A stretch of DNA of 64,000 nucleotides. Source: Myxococcota bacterium (GTDB lineage: Bacteria; Myxococcota_A; UBA796; CAJQPC01). Position numbers and translations under genes: made by a program. Below the pieces are notes generated by a model. It was not told the DNA's origin. It did not search any database and was given only the letters and a program-made list of their open reading frames with translations. Below, one piece after another: positions 1-10,980 of this stretch (position 1 is the first letter of the stretch; each line of letters opens with the position of its first letter). The DNA lies in assembly GCA_036229005.1 (NCBI GenBank), contig JAZAMN010000030.1, forward strand, positions 59,723-123,722, written 5' to 3'.

Positions 1-873
1 AGACTCAGCGCTGCCCGCCGTCTGGCCGAGCTCGGAGACCCGGAGAGCGCGCTCCCAGCGCTGCTGAGTGCCCCCGAGCCCGGCCTGCGGCGCGTCGCTG
101 CGGCCTGCAGTCCTCCCGACCAGGTCCGCGACGCCTTGGAGCGGGAACGAAGCACCTCGGTGGCGGTCGCGATGTCTCTGCGGTGTCTACAGGCCGGCCA
201 ACCTCAGGCGGTGATCCACGGGCTGCTCCGGCGCCGCTGTCTGGTCCCTGTCCCCCTCCCCGAAGGCTCCCGGGTCCCAGAGTCTGCCCTGGGGATGGGC
301 CTCGCGAGCCCGGAGCGCCTGCTGGACGAGCGCCTGGACGGCAGCACCCGGGGCTGGGAGGCTTGGCAGGAGGCGTGGCGGCAGGCCGGAAAGCGGGAGC
401 AGAACCGGCTGCTGGTGGAGCTGGGGTGGATCGGGGACCCCCGGGCGCTCGGGCTCCTGGAGGGACTGCTCGTCAGCATGGACGTGGACCCCGGGCGGGG
501 CTTTGCGTGGCGTCGCCTGTCTGCGCTGGCGATCGGCCGCATCGGGGACCCGGGCGCGACCCCCGCACTCATCCGCGCGATCGAGGTCGAGGCCGCGGAG
601 CACGAGGGCCGCCCCGGCGCAGGGCTGGGCATCCAGTTCCCCGTGCGGGCGGTGCTCCTGTGGGCGCTGGGTGAGCTGCAGGACCCCGCGAGCCTCCCGA
701 CCCTGCTCGGCCACCTGGACCAGGACGCAGGCAGCGCGCTGGGGGGACTCCACCTGCCGGCGCTGGGGGCGCTCTACAAGCTGGGTGAGGCCGCGCGGGA
801 GCCTCTGGAGCGGGTCGCGTCGGGGCAGTCCAAGGCCTCGGCCCGGGCGGCTGCGCTGCTGCAGGTCCTCTGA
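1..873 (+). CDS. HEAT/PBS-lyase-like repeat protein (5'-truncated by window)
   Basis: Frame open from base 1; repeated motifs LAELGDPESALPAL, LGWIGDPRALGLL, AIGRIGDPGATPAL, ALGELQDPASLPTL. Confidence 0.7.
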   Translation, partial: RLSAARRLAELGDPESALPALLSAPEPGLRRVAAACSPPDQVRDALERERSTSVAVAMSLRCLQAGQPQAVIHGLLRRRCLVPVPLPEGSRVPESALGMGLASPERLLDERLDGSTRGWEAWQEAWRQAGKREQNRLLVELGWIGDPRALGLLEGLLVSMDVDPGRGFAWRRLSALAIGRIGDPGATPALIRAIEVEAAEHEGRPGAGLGIQFPVRAVLLWALGELQDPASLPTLLGHLDQDAGSALGGLHLPALGALYKLGEAAREPLERVASGQSKASARAAALLQVL

Positions 874-894
874 GGCCTGGGCCTCAAGGCCGAC

Positions 895-1554
895 TCAGGG
901 GCGGGAGCTGGTGCTCGCGGTGCCGCCCTCGTGGGCCTCGTACTGGTCGCCGAAGCCGGCCTCGATGCGGACCATGCCGCCGCGGAAGACCTTGACCGTG
1001 TAGATGTCGTGGTCGGTGCCCTTCTGCGCCTTGTTCGCGAACACGTAGTCGATGCTGGACGCATTGCTGCTGTAGCCGAAGTCGGAGGCGTCGTTGGTGA
1101 CCCAGCCGCGGGGGTTGAACACGATGGCCGTCACGTCCGGCTCGACCAGGCCCACGTTCTTGACTTTGTAGGTGCCCGTGGACAGGTCCCGCACGCCCTC
1201 TCCGCTGTAGGCGTCCGTGCTCTTGGAGGCCTCGTAGGGGAGTTGGTCCCAGAAGGTGGAGTTCAGGTTCTTGTTGCCGACGTAGAGCGACCACGCGCCC
1301 GCACCCGCGCCGGGGTTGTAGGGGTCGGTGTCGTAGTCGGTGACCACCAGCCGCGTCTCCTTGTCGTTCATGATCGCCATCATGCGGAGCTCTTCCACGT
1401 CGGCGGCGAACTGCTCGGCGGCGTCCCGGGCCTTGTAGCGGGGGATCAGCTCAGTGAGCGCGCCCACGCCCAGCGCAGCGAGCACGACGATGAGGCTGAT
1501 GACGATCATCAGCTCGATCAGGGTGAACGCAGCGCGGGCTCGACGGTGCAGCAT
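895..1554 (-). CDS. Prepilin-type N-terminal cleavage/methylation domain protein (FimT/GspH-like minor pilin/pseudopilin)
   Basis: ATG at 1554; MLHRRARAA|FTLIELMIVISLIVVLAALG class III signal; later IVFNPRG motif typical of FimT/GspH. Confidence 0.8.
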   Translation of the reverse strand: MLHRRARAAFTLIELMIVISLIVVLAALGVGALTELIPRYKARDAAEQFAADVEELRMMAIMNDKETRLVVTDYDTDPYNPGAGAGAWSLYVGNKNLNSTFWDQLPYEASKSTDAYSGEGVRDLSTGTYKVKNVGLVEPDVTAIVFNPRGWVTNDASDFGYSSNASSIDYVFANKAQKGTDHDIYTVKVFRGGMVRIEAGFGDQYEAHEGGTASTSSRP

Positions 1555-1595
1555 GGGGGGATTGTGGCAGGGGCTGGGGCGGCTGTCCATGGGGA

Positions 1596-2054
1596 TCAGC
1601 CCAGCAACTCGCGCAGCGCCTTGTCGGAGGCCCCTGCGTACTCCTGCGCGCGGCGGGTGTTCAGGCGGGCCAGGAGCTTGTGGGGGTCGCCGCCCTCTTG
1701 CTTGAGGCGGCGGTAGCTCTTCTCGGGCAGCTCCAGCTCCTTGAAGCGGGCCTTGACCTGCGCCCAGGCGGCCTTGTCGAGCTTGGCCACCGCGTCCTTG
1801 TGCAGCCGCTGCAGCTCCTTGGCGCCGCGCTTGTCCCCTCTGGCCTTGAGGGCCTTCTGGATCTTGAAGGAGAGGTCGATGAGCTTGGGGAGGCTCGCGT
1901 CCTCTGGGACCACCTCCTGGTCCTGCAGGGCGCGCAGCCACGGGCTGTCCGACAGCGACTCCACCAGCGAGGACTGGCTGGGTGCGGGCGCCTGCTCCCG
2001 CGCCTGAAGGTCCTGGGTTCCGGACAGAGCTCCCTTGAGGGCATCCTTGAGCAC
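1596..2054 (-). CDS. Hypothetical basic helical protein
   Basis: GTG at 2054 preceded by AGGAGG; GC3-rich codon usage; divergent from rpsD. Confidence 0.65.
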   Translation of the reverse strand: MLKDALKGALSGTQDLQAREQAPAPSQSSLVESLSDSPWLRALQDQEVVPEDASLPKLIDLSFKIQKALKARGDKRGAKELQRLHKDAVAKLDKAAWAQVKARFKELELPEKSYRRLKQEGGDPHKLLARLNTRRAQEYAGASDKALRELLG

Positions 2055-2100
2055 CGCGTCCTCCTGGCTGTGACGGCTGATCCTGAGCGCCCCTATCCCC

Positions 2101-2129
2101 TTGACGGGCCCCCCGCGATCGCCTAATAG
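2101..2129 (+). promoter_or_regulatory. Putative sigma70-type promoter for rpsD-rpmG-recX
   Basis: TTGACG-17 bp-TAATAG about 110 bp upstream of the rpsD ATG; the -10 match is imperfect. Confidence 0.4.
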
Positions 2130-2241
2130 CGCGGGGTTGTCGCCAGGCTCATCTGACGGCAGCGCGCCCTGCGGGCCCACGGTCTCCGACCGAAACCCCT
2201 CGCAGGGCTGTACTTGCACCAAGAAGAATGGAGCGTGCCAC

Positions 2242-2859
2242 ATGGCTCGTTATCGTGGACCCCGGCTCAAGAAGTGCCGGGCTGTGGGTGTGGTGCTTCC
2301 CGGTCTGACGACCGCCCGTACCCTGGAGCGTCCGACGCCTCCGGGTGTGCACGGCGCTCGTCGTCGCGGCAAGCCCTCCGACTACAAGGTTCGTCTGATC
2401 GAGAAGCAGAAGCTTCGCTTTCACTACGGCATCCTGGAGAAGCAGTTCCGCCGCTACGTCAAGGAGGCCTCCCGCCGCAAGGGCGCTACCGGTCAGGTCC
2501 TCGTGACCCTGCTCGAGAGCCGCCTGGACAACGTGGTCTGGCGCCTCGGTCTGGCCCCCACCATCCCCGCCGCTCGGCAGATGGTTGTGCACGGCCACAT
2601 CAAGATCAACGGCAAGCGCGTCGACCGCCCCAGCTACGCCGTGAAGCCCGGCATGCAGATCACCGTGCGTGAGAAGAGCATGTCCAAGAGCTTCGTGCAG
2701 GCACGCCTGGAGCAGTCCGCTGCCAACGTCACCCCCCAGTACCTCGAGTTCGACCCTGCAAAGGCCACCGGATCCATGATCCAGGCCCCTGGAATGGACG
2801 ACCTGCCCTTCCAGTGCAACATGCAGGCCATCATCGAGTTCTACTCCCAGACCCTGTAA
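2242..2859 (+). CDS. rpsD: 30S ribosomal protein S4 (no Zn-ribbon)
   Basis: MARYRGPRLK, PPGVHG, EKQKLRFHYG, LLESRLDNVVWRLG, ARQMVVHGHI, IIEFYS. Confidence 0.97.
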   Translation: MARYRGPRLKKCRAVGVVLPGLTTARTLERPTPPGVHGARRRGKPSDYKVRLIEKQKLRFHYGILEKQFRRYVKEASRRKGATGQVLVTLLESRLDNVVWRLGLAPTIPAARQMVVHGHIKINGKRVDRPSYAVKPGMQITVREKSMSKSFVQARLEQSAANVTPQYLEFDPAKATGSMIQAPGMDDLPFQCNMQAIIEFYSQTL

Positions 2860-2874
2860 GGATAGGAGACTCCC

Positions 2875-3069
2875 ATGGCTAAGAAGGGCCAGGGTCGCGT
2901 CATCGTGACCCTCGAGTGCACCGAGTCCCGTCAGGCCGGTGTGAAGGTGCGCGGTGTCAGCCGCTACACCACCACCAAGAACAAGAAGAACACTCCCGGT
3001 CGCCTGGAGCTGATGAAGTACAACCCCTTCCTTCGTCGGCACACCTTGCACCGCGAGATCAAGAAGTAG
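2875..3069 (+). CDS. rpmG: 50S ribosomal protein L33 (Zn-free type)
   Basis: VTLECTES...[43 protein letters not shown]. Confidence 0.96.
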   Translation: MAKKGQGRVIVTLECTESRQAGVKVRGVSRYTTTKNKKNTPGRLELMKYNPFLRRHTLHREIKK

Positions 3070-3075
3070 GTGGGT

Positions 3076-3564
3076 ATGGGGCGCAATCGCCGCGCCCCTC
3101 CTTCCGCAAAGGCCCGCGCCGTGGACCTCCTCTCCAGGAGGGAACACGGGCGGGCCGAGCTTCTCTGGAAGCTGCTCCAGAAGGAGCACCCCCGGGGGGA
3201 GGCTGAGGCCGCGCTGGATGCCCTGGAGGACCTGGGGCTGCTGAACGATCTGCGCGCCGCGCAAGGTCTGGCCCGCTACTACGCCGAGCTGCGGGGCTAT
3301 GGTCCCCGTCGCCTCCAGCAGGTGCTCACGCGCGAGCGCCGGTTGCCCTCGGACCTGGTGGATCAAGCCATCGAAGCGCTGGAGCGGGACTTCTCCGAGG
3401 CCTGCCTGGACGCCGCCCGACGCAAGGGGCTCAAGGGCAGCGAGCGCAAGGATGAGCAGCGGCTCCTGCGGTATCTGGTGGGGCGTGGGTACACCCCCTC
3501 ACAAGCCTATGCCGCCCTGGACATCGTGCGGGCCGAGCGCGCAGACGAGGACACCGGGGCCTGA
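3076..3564 (+). CDS. recX: Regulatory protein RecX
   Basis: AVDLLSRREHGRAEL, LEDLGLLND, GYGPRRLQQVL, LRYLVGRGY. Confidence 0.88.
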   Translation: MGRNRRAPPSAKARAVDLLSRREHGRAELLWKLLQKEHPRGEAEAALDALEDLGLLNDLRAAQGLARYYAELRGYGPRRLQQVLTRERRLPSDLVDQAIEALERDFSEACLDAARRKGLKGSERKDEQRLLRYLVGRGYTPSQAYAALDIVRAERADEDTGA

Positions 3565-3569
3565 TCCGC

Positions 3570-4175
3570 TCAGCGGGGTCGGCGCCCCTTCCTGCCCTTG
3601 CCTTTGCGGCGCCCCCGACCTCCCTTGGGCGGCGGCGGGCCCTGTTGACCGCGCGTCTGCTTTGTGGGGGCGGGCACCCCGGCCTGCTCCTGGCGAACAC
3701 CCGGCAGCAGGTCCCCGCCGGGGGCCGGATCCAAGGAGAAGGCGCTGCCCGTGGTGAGCAGGTTGCGCGCCAGCACCGCGAGCACCACCCCCAACAGCGG
3801 CAGAATCAGCGCAGCCGGCTGCAGGGTGCTCACCTTACGGTTGTCTACAGACACCGCGAAGGAGAAGGGGTCTTTGTGGACCACCGGGGCGTCTACGGGG
3901 ACCTCCATCGGGGGCAGCGCCTGGCGCTCCAGGGGCAGCCCCTTGGTGGTGGAGGCGGGCAGCACCCGCTCCTCGAGCTGCTGCCCAGGCCGCACGATGA
4001 GCACCTTTCGGTCGCCGTCCTCGCTGACCTCCTGGTCCAGCGGGCGCCAGCTCACGGCCTGGCCGTGGTAGCTGTCGAACCAGCCGCCCAGGGCCAGGAA
4101 GGCCAGGATGGCGATGGGGACTGCGACTGCAATCAGCTTGATGGTGGACCGTAGGCCCGGAGAATGGTCTCGCAT
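3570..4175 (-). CDS. Hypothetical membrane protein (two hydrophobic segments, basic C-tail)
   Basis: ORF with TM-like stretches LIAVAVPIAILAFLAL and ALILPLLGVVLAVLA. Confidence 0.6.
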   Translation of the reverse strand: MRDHSPGLRSTIKLIAVAVPIAILAFLALGGWFDSYHGQAVSWRPLDQEVSEDGDRKVLIVRPGQQLEERVLPASTTKGLPLERQALPPMEVPVDAPVVHKDPFSFAVSVDNRKVSTLQPAALILPLLGVVLAVLARNLLTTGSAFSLDPAPGGDLLPGVRQEQAGVPAPTKQTRGQQGPPPPKGGRGRRKGKGRKGRRPR

Positions 4176-4219
4176 CGGGATACGCTAACAGGAGGCCACA
4201 GCAAGGGAGGCCCGACCTC

Positions 4220-6433
4220 ATGCTCTGGATCCTCGCCCTGATGGCCTGGCTGCTGTCTGCACCGGCCCAGGCGGCCGAAGAGGCCGAGCCTCGCGCAGAG
4301 GAGCAGGAGGAGGCGGAGCGGGACAGGGTGACCTCGGCTGTGGCCGAGAGCCTCTCGGAGTGGTGGCGGGACTGGACGCTCAAGCGGCAGGCCGGAAAAC
4401 CCCCGACGGTGCGGGACATCTCCTTCCAGGAAGAGGACATCCCCGTGCGCATGTGGCCCCTCGGGCTGGTCGCCGAGGGGCAGCGGGCCTGGCGAGGGAC
4501 CTCCGACGCCAGCATCCGCACCGCGATGGTGCAGCAGGAGAGCCCGCTGTTGACCCTCACGGACGCCCGGCGGGTGCCGCTGGACACCGAGCTGCTGGTC
4601 ACCGACGCCTACCGGGTGGAGATCTGGTACGCGCACCAGGGCTACTTCGACGCCGAACTGCTGGGCTGGGAGATCGTCGAGGTGCGGCCCACCCCGCCCC
4701 TCAATGGCCTGCGCCCGGAGCGCCTCAAGCGCGGCGCGGTGGTGGAGGTCGTCGGGCACGTGGACCCCGGCCCCGTGAGCACCATCGCCACGGTCGAGCG
4801 GGTGGGGCTGGAGGACTTCCCGTCGGCGGCGGTCCTGCGCTCCATCGACAGCGACATGGAGGCGCTGCTGGGCGAACCCTTCAGCCTGGACGCCCCCGAG
4901 GCCCTCGCCCGCTCGGCGGTGGAGACCCTCAACAACAGCGGCTTCGCCCGGGCCCGGGCCACCACCCGCATCGTCGCGGACGCGGACAGCCAGGAGGTCC
5001 ACGTCACCCTGCTCGTTGAGCCCGGCGAGCTCTGTGTGTTCGGCGAGGTCGAGATCGAGGGGCTCGTGGACGTCCCGCGCGAGCAGGTCGAAGACCGCAT
5101 CACCATCCAGGCCGGCCGCAAGTACGACCCCGAGAAGCTCTCCGGCACGCACCAGGCCATCTTCGCCCTCAAGACCTTCTCCGTCGTCCAGGTCGTCCCG
5201 GACCTCAGCGTGGAGGGCAACGTCATCCCCGTGCGGGTCATCGTGACCGAGACGCGCTTTCGGGAGCTGCTGGTCGGTGGCGGTGGGGCCGCGGGCAACG
5301 GCGCCGTGGAGCTCCGCGCGCGCAGCCGCTTCCGCCACACCAACATGTTCGGCAGCATGCTGCAGCTCGATGCGGACCTGACCGGCGGCTACAAGGCCTA
5401 CCCCCAGGCGGCCAACACCACCGAGGTGCTCCAGGCGGTCAGCGCCACCCAGGCCGGGCCCTTCGTCCAGTTCGACGCGGACTTCTACTACCCCCACCTG
5501 GCCGGCAACCCCAAGCTCTCCGCTCGCCCGGACGCCTCGGTCGCCTGGGTGCGGGAGCGCAACGCGAGCTACAAGACCGTCGAGCTCAAGCCGGGCATCA
5601 CCTGGGCGCCCGCGCGCTCGCTGAGCCTCAGCCCCAGCTACCGCTACAAGACCATCTGGGACCTGGACTACGTCGAGTCCATCCCCGATGAGATCGACTA
5701 CCTGGCCTGCCCTGCCGACGCGACCACCGACTGCACCTACACCCTGCAGATGGTGCAGCTCCGGATGATCAGCGACCGGCGCGAGCCCATCATCCAGCCC
5801 ACCCAGGGCCACTACGTGGAGCTCACCGTCTCGGGGGCTGGCGCGGGCTTCGCCGGAGACTTCGACTTTGTGCGCAGCACCGTGGATCTTCGCAAGTACG
5901 GCCAGCTCCGCCTGGGACCCTACGACCGGGTGGTGCTCGCGGGCCGCCTCGCCGGGGGACTGGCCCAGCCCTATGGCTCCGACCCCGAGCGCGCCCAGGT
6001 GCCCGTGCCCGAGCGCTTCCTGCTGGGCGGCGGCACCACCGTGCGCGGCTTCTCCGAGGACCTGCTCGGCCCGCGCTCCTGCAGCTCCCGCGACACCGGC
6101 GAGTCCATCCCCAACTGCCACACCCCCCGCGACCGCAGCGAAGTCATCTTCACGCCCAGCGGCGGCCAGGCCATGGTCTACGGCAGCCTGGAGGCGCGGG
6201 TCCGCATGACCTCCGACTTCGATGTGGTGGTCTTCTCGGACTTCGGCGGCAACTGGGCCACCCTCGACGCGGTCGCCCTGGACGGCATCCAGCCCACCCT
6301 GGGCACGGGCATCCGCTACCTCACCCCCGCCGGGCCCGTGCGCCTGGACTTCGCCGTGCGCCTGCGCGATGACCCCGACTACGCCCTGGACTGGCCCTTC
6401 GGCGTGCACCTGAGCATCCAGGAGGCCTTCTGA
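4220..6433 (+). CDS. tamA: TamA/BamA (Omp85) family outer-membrane protein
   Basis: Signal peptide, POTRA-like YAHQGYFDA, ERFLLGGGTTVRGF, GIRYLTPAGPVRLDFA, C-terminal SIQEAF; directly upstream of a TamB-like gene. Confidence 0.85.
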   Translation: MLWILALMAWLLSAPAQAAEEAEPRAEEQEEAERDRVTSAVAESLSEWWRDWTLKRQAGKPPTVRDISFQEEDIPVRMWPLGLVAEGQRAWRGTSDASIRTAMVQQESPLLTLTDARRVPLDTELLVTDAYRVEIWYAHQGYFDAELLGWEIVEVRPTPPLNGLRPERLKRGAVVEVVGHVDPGPVSTIATVERVGLEDFPSAAVLRSIDSDMEALLGEPFSLDAPEALARSAVETLNNSGFARARATTRIVADADSQEVHVTLLVEPGELCVFGEVEIEGLVDVPREQVEDRITIQAGRKYDPEKLSGTHQAIFALKTFSVVQVVPDLSVEGNVIPVRVIVTETRFRELLVGGGGAAGNGAVELRARSRFRHTNMFGSMLQLDADLTGGYKAYPQAANTTEVLQAVSATQAGPFVQFDADFYYPHLAGNPKLSARPDASVAWVRERNASYKTVELKPGITWAPARSLSLSPSYRYKTIWDLDYVESIPDEIDYLACPADATTDCTYTLQMVQLRMISDRREPIIQPTQGHYVELTVSGAGAGFAGDFDFVRSTVDLRKYGQLRLGPYDRVVLAGRLAGGLAQPYGSDPERAQVPVPERFLLGGGTTVRGFSEDLLGPRSCSSRDTGESIPNCHTPRDRSEVIFTPSGGQAMVYGSLEARVRMTSDFDVVVFSDFGGNWATLDAVALDGIQPTLGTGIRYLTPAGPVRLDFAVRLRDDPDYALDWPFGVHLSIQEAF

Positions 6434-9400
6434 CTCCCAAGGGCAAGCGCCGACTGAGAGTCGCTGGCGGCACCCTGGCCCTGCTCGGGGCGCTGGGGGC
6501 CGGCGGCGTGATCTGGCTGCGCTCGGAGGCCGGGAACGCCTGGCTCGCGGCCAAGCTGGAGCAGGTCGTCACGAGCACCATGGAGGAGGGGGAGCTGCAG
6601 GTCGGCGGGGTGCAGACCAACCTCTTCGACCGCGTCGTGATCCGCGACATCGCCCTGGTGGATGGCCAGGGCCGCCCCGTCATCCAAGCCCCCACTGCGC
6701 GTGCGGAGATCTCTTGGGCCGGGCTGCTGCAGGGGAGCGTCACCGTGGAGCGCCTGGTCCTGGACCAGCCCCAGGTCGATCTCCAGGTGGATGAGGAGGG
6801 GCTGCTGGACCTCTCCCGCATGTTCCCGTCCACCGACGAGCCCTCGCCCCCCTCCGAGCTCCCCATCCGGATCGAGCTCAGCGAGGTCAGGCTGGATGAG
6901 GGCGGCATCCGCTACGACCCGGGCGGGCAGGCCCAGGCCTGGGAGCTGCAGGAGCTCTCGCTGCAGGGCGCCGCGCGCGGAGAGGGGACCGTCTGGACCC
7001 TCCCTGACCTCGCCGCCGCCGGGGTGTTCACAGAGCCGGAGCTGGGCGCATTCACCCTGAGCGGTGGGCTCCGATATGACCTCAACGGCGATCTCGACCT
7101 CTCCCGAGTGCGCCTGGAGTTGGCCGACTCCCGGGTGGATCTGGGCGGCTCGATCCACGACCTCAGCGGGACCCCCTCTCTTGAGCTGGCCGTCCGCGCA
7201 GACGCTGACCTGGACGCCCTGGAGCCCCTGACCGGGGACCTGGGCCTCAACGGCGCGCTGGGGGCCAAGGCCGACCTGAACGGCCCCCTGGACGCCCTGG
7301 GGGTGGTCGGCGAGATCACGCGGGGGGAGGGGAGCGCCACCGTCGACCTGACCGTGGACACCACCGACCCGGAGATCGGCTACCAAGGCAGCATCCAGGC
7401 CGAGGCCTTCGACCTGGGGCTGGTGGACGCTGTCACCGAGGAGACCGTGCTCACCGGCAGCGCCCAGGTCCAGGGGCGGGGCGTGTCCTACCCCGACGGC
7501 ATCGACGCCAGCGGCAGCGTCGCCCTCACCGACTCGGTGGGCTGGGGCTACCCCTTGCCCGGGGTCTCGGCGAGCTTCACCTTCCAGGACGGCCAGATCC
7601 GCACCAAGGACCTGCTCTACGAGGCCTGGTGGGGGCGCATCGAGGGCCGCGGGCGACTGGGCGAGACCGACCTGGACATGGACCTGCTCGCCACCGTCTG
7701 GGACGCCCGCGGGCTGGAGGACTTCGGCGCGCCTGGGCTCCGCGGCAGCGCGGTCTTGGACGGCCGGCTGCAGGCCGACTGGAGCGTCTCGGACAACACG
7801 ACCACCGATCTGGTGGGCACCCTGTCGGGGCAGCGGCTGGGCTACGAGAGCTACGTCACCATCGGCGAATACGACGGGCCCGTCTCCGTGTTCGTGGACG
7901 CCGGGGGCGTGCAGGTCTCGGCCAGCGAGGCCACCTTGCGGGAGATCGACGCCTCCGGAGTGACCGTGGCCATCCTGCAGGGGAGCTGGGAGGCCTTCGT
8001 CGACCCCGCCGGGGCGGTGGAGTACGCCGCCGAGCTGGACGGCGCGGTGCTCCAGACCTGGGAGATCCACGCCGACTCCTTCGGGGGCCACGTCAGCGGA
8101 CGCACCGAGCCCGACGGGACGACCACCGTCAGCGCCAACCTGGGCATGCAGCGGCCCGGTATCGAGCGCTTCGTGTCCGATGGAGCCAGCGCCGTGGTGG
8201 TCCTGCAGGGGGACGAGGTGATGGTGGATCTGCGGTGCCGCAGCCACGGCGTGGAGGACTGCGCTCTGGTCGGAGGGGGCGACCTGGCCAGCGGGCGCTT
8301 CTCCTTCTCCGTGTTCGAGCTGGGCCCCCGCGACGCCCTCTCCTGGGTCAACGAGGGCCCGCTGCTCTTCACCCTCACGCCCACCTACATGGGCGCCACC
8401 GACATGGACATCCACCTGCGCTCCATCGCCGGCGAGGTCGATGTGGAGGGGGACCTGGACCTCGAAGGGCACCTGGATGCCACCGTCTCCATCCGGCGCC
8501 TCATGCTGCCGTGGATGGGGGCCCTCTTCCCCGAGGAGCTGGGCGGCTGGTCCGGCATGGCCGACGCCGAGCTCACTCTGGGGGGGCAGGCCAGCGATGC
8601 CCGGGTTCAGGGGCAGGCCTCGGTGTCCTCGCTGTCGATCCCCGGTCAGGTCTGGGGTCTGAATGGCCGCGTGGCCGTGGATGGTGGGGACGACCTGCTC
8701 AAGCTCAACGCGCGCGTCTCGGACCAGAAGGAGGAGGTGCTGGCTCTGCGCGCATCTCTGCCCATCGCCCTGGATCTCGCGGCCCCCGAGCCTCTGTTGG
8801 ACTCGCCGCTCGACGTCGAGGTGCTGCTGCAGGACACCGCCTTCGGCGCAATCCAGACCCTGCTCCCTGGCGTCGGCGAGCTGCGGGGTGGCTCGGTCGC
8901 CGGGCTGGGGCACATCGGCGGCACCTGGCTGGCGCCCACCCTGGACCTTTCCCTGGGCACCGAGATCGCGCCTGGAGACCCCGTCGAGTGGGTGCGCATG
9001 GACCTGGACGTCACCATGGACGAGCAGGGCCAGATCCGCGTCCGGGGTGGCGGTCACAACCGCGGCGAGCGCCTGCTGGACATGGGCGGCGGCGCCTCGC
9101 TGGACCTGCCCGCCTTCACCGCGTGGATCTTCCAGGACGCCCCCGAGCCGGACATGGGCCACCCGGACCAGTGGCTCTCCAACCTCTCCCTCTCGCTGGT
9201 CCCGCTGCGTGTCCCCATGCGGGCCCTGCGCGGCTTCGCGGAGATCCCCGAGGAGCTGGACGGGCGCGTCACGGGCGCCATCGCCATCTACGGGGAGCTG
9301 GCCGAGCCCCAGGTCAGCGGCGCGCTCCAGCTCACCGAGGCCCGGGTCGGAGACCTCCCCCTGGAGCCCGCCGTCATCTCCCTGTCCCCCAGCGGCGAGG

Positions 9401-10980
9401 GCTACGGTATCAGCGGCCTCTTCGGCTTCCGGCAGGACGAGAGCACCCTGCACACCTTCAACGTCGGCGGCTTCGTGCCCTTCACCCTGGGCACCGCCGA
9501 GGAGTGGAGCGTGGACCGCCAGCTCGCCCGCGAGGGCCTGGCTCTGGAGCTCAGCGGCGACGGCATCCCAGTGGCCGCCCTCCGCCTGGTCGACCCCGGC
9601 ATCACCGACCCCTACGGCCTGCTCAACATCTCCGGCACCATCACCGGCTCCCTGGCCAGCCCGGTCCCCGATCTGGACGTGCTGCTCCCGGACGGCGGCT
9701 TCTCCTACCCGGACATCAACACCCGCTTCAACGCCATGCACATCCGGGCCAAGGTCACCCAGGACGCCGTGGCTCTGCGCGAGATGCGCTTCTTCTCCCG
9801 CCCCCTCAAGGAGGGCCTGATCGCGGACATCAAGATCGGCGAGAAGGCCACCAAGTCGCGGCGCCCCGCCTGCGTCGCCAAGCAGGGGCTCAAGGAGGGC
9901 CAGACCCGCCTGGAGGGGCAGATCGCCCTGGACGGCTTCGCGCTGGGGGCCTTCGATCTGGGCATGTGCAGCTACCAGGCCATCTACTCCGCGACCGAGG
10001 AGTACCTGGTCGACGTCACCACCCAGCTCCAGCTCAGCGACTCCTGGCCCGAGGTCAAGGTCACCGGCAAGGTGCTCGCCGAGGACCTGCGCCTCAACCT
10101 GGACGAGAGCGTCTTCTTTGATGACCTCGGGCTCTCCCTGGATCCCCGCATCGAGCTCGTGCGCCGAGAGACCCAGGTGGTGCAGATCCAGAAGCCAGCG
10201 CCCGAGTTCTGGACCCTCTGGGACGTCGACGTCGAGGTCGACTTCAACCGCGCGACCCGCCTGGACATCGTGGTCCCCCTCTTTGACGGCTACGACGAGG
10301 CCCTCAAGCTGAGCGAGGTGCGCCTGCAGAACGCTGTGCTCGATGGCGTCGTGGACTTCGGCATGCAGCGCGACTTCTACGAGGCCACCGGCCTGGTCGA
10401 GGTCATCCGCGGCTCCATGGAGCTCATCAACAAGAGCTTCCGCATCGACGAGGGCAGCATCGACTTTGGCGGCGGCGACATCGAGAACCCCACCATCGAC
10501 TTCACCGCCTCCCGCGACGAGGGCAACTACGGCAGCATCAGCGTCGGCGTCACGGGCACCGTCGAGAACCCCGAGCTCAGCTTCGGCTCGGACTCCGGCT
10601 ACTCCAACACCGACGTGCTCACCATCCTGCTGCTGGGCATGCCCACCTCCGAGCTCGGCACCGAGAACGGCTCCACCGCCCAGGCCCTGCTGGGCGCCCA
10701 GCTCTCCGGCGTGCTGACCGAGCAGGTCGAGAGCAGCTTCCAGATGGACCTCTTCGACACCCTCCAGGTCAACTCAGGCGACGCCCTCCTGGACAGCATC
10801 GTCGTGGGCAAGAGCCTGGGCCCCAACACCTACGGCGAGCTCAAGTGGAACCTGGCTCCCGACGAGGACGAGTCCGGCGCGGAGATCACCGTCGAGTTCC
10901 TCATCACCCGCAAGCTCGCCCTCGAGCTCAGCCACGACACCGACAACTCGGCCGACCTGCTCTACTCCGTCAAGTTCTGA
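6430..10980 (+). CDS. tamB: Translocation and assembly module TamB (likely CTG start at 6430; first canonical start 6508)
   Basis: Large beta-strand-rich repetitive protein with DUF490-like C-terminus ([30 protein letters not shown]); the N-terminal anchor is only complete from 6430. Confidence 0.85.
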   Translation: MTPKGKRRLRVAGGTLALLGALGAGGVIWLRSEAGNAWLAAKLEQVVTSTMEEGELQVGGVQTNLFDRVVIRDIALVDGQGRPVIQAPTARAEISWAGLLQGSVTVERLVLDQPQVDLQVDEEGLLDLSRMFPSTDEPSPPSELPIRIELSEVRLDEGGIRYDPGGQAQAWELQELSLQGAARGEGTVWTLPDLAAAGVFTEPELGAFTLSGGLRYDLNGDLDLSRVRLELADSRVDLGGSIHDLSGTPSLELAVRADADLDALEPLTGDLGLNGALGAKADLNGPLDALGVVGEITRGEGSATVDLTVDTTDPEIGYQGSIQAEAFDLGLVDAVTEETVLTGSAQVQGRGVSYPDGIDASGSVALTDSVGWGYPLPGVSASFTFQDGQIRTKDLLYEAWWGRIEGRGRLGETDLDMDLLATVWDARGLEDFGAPGLRGSAVLDGRLQADWSVSDNTTTDLVGTLSGQRLGYESYVTIGEYDGPVSVFVDAGGVQVSASEATLREIDASGVTVAILQGSWEAFVDPAGAVEYAAELDGAVLQTWEIHADSFGGHVSGRTEPDGTTTVSANLGMQRPGIERFVSDGASAVVVLQGDEVMVDLRCRSHGVEDCALVGGGDLASGRFSFSVFELGPRDALSWVNEGPLLFTLTPTYMGATDMDIHLRSIAGEVDVEGDLDLEGHLDATVSIRRLMLPWMGALFPEELGGWSGMADAELTLGGQASDARVQGQASVSSLSIPGQVWGLNGRVAVDGGDDLLKLNARVSDQKEEVLALRASLPIALDLAAPEPLLDSPLDVEVLLQDTAFGAIQTLLPGVGELRGGSVAGLGHIGGTWLAPTLDLSLGTEIAPGDPVEWVRMDLDVTMDEQGQIRVRGGGHNRGERLLDMGGGASLDLPAFTAWIFQDAPEPDMGHPDQWLSNLSLSLVPLRVPMRALRGFAEIPEELDGRVTGAIAIYGELAEPQVSGALQLTEARVGDLPLEPAVISLSPSGEGYGISGLFGFRQDESTLHTFNVGGFVPFTLGTAEEWSVDRQLAREGLALELSGDGIPVAALRLVDPGITDPYGLLNISGTITGSLASPVPDLDVLLPDGGFSYPDINTRFNAMHIRAKVTQDAVALREMRFFSRPLKEGLIADIKIGEKATKSRRPACVAKQGLKEGQTRLEGQIALDGFALGAFDLGMCSYQAIYSATEEYLVDVTTQLQLSDSWPEVKVTGKVLAEDLRLNLDESVFFDDLGLSLDPRIELVRRETQVVQIQKPAPEFWTLWDVDVEVDFNRATRLDIVVPLFDGYDEALKLSEVRLQNAVLDGVVDFGMQRDFYEATGLVEVIRGSMELINKSFRIDEGSIDFGGGDIENPTIDFTASRDEGNYGSISVGVTGTVENPELSFGSDSGYSNTDVLTILLLGMPTSELGTENGSTAQALLGAQLSGVLTEQVESSFQMDLFDTLQVNSGDALLDSIVVGKSLGPNTYGELKWNLAPDEDESGAEITVEFLITRKLALELSHDTDNSADLLYSVKF

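Noticed and set aside
4133..9741. Long minus-strand ORFs 4133-6409 and 6379-9741
   Set aside because: Antisense to the clearly recognisable tamA and tamB.
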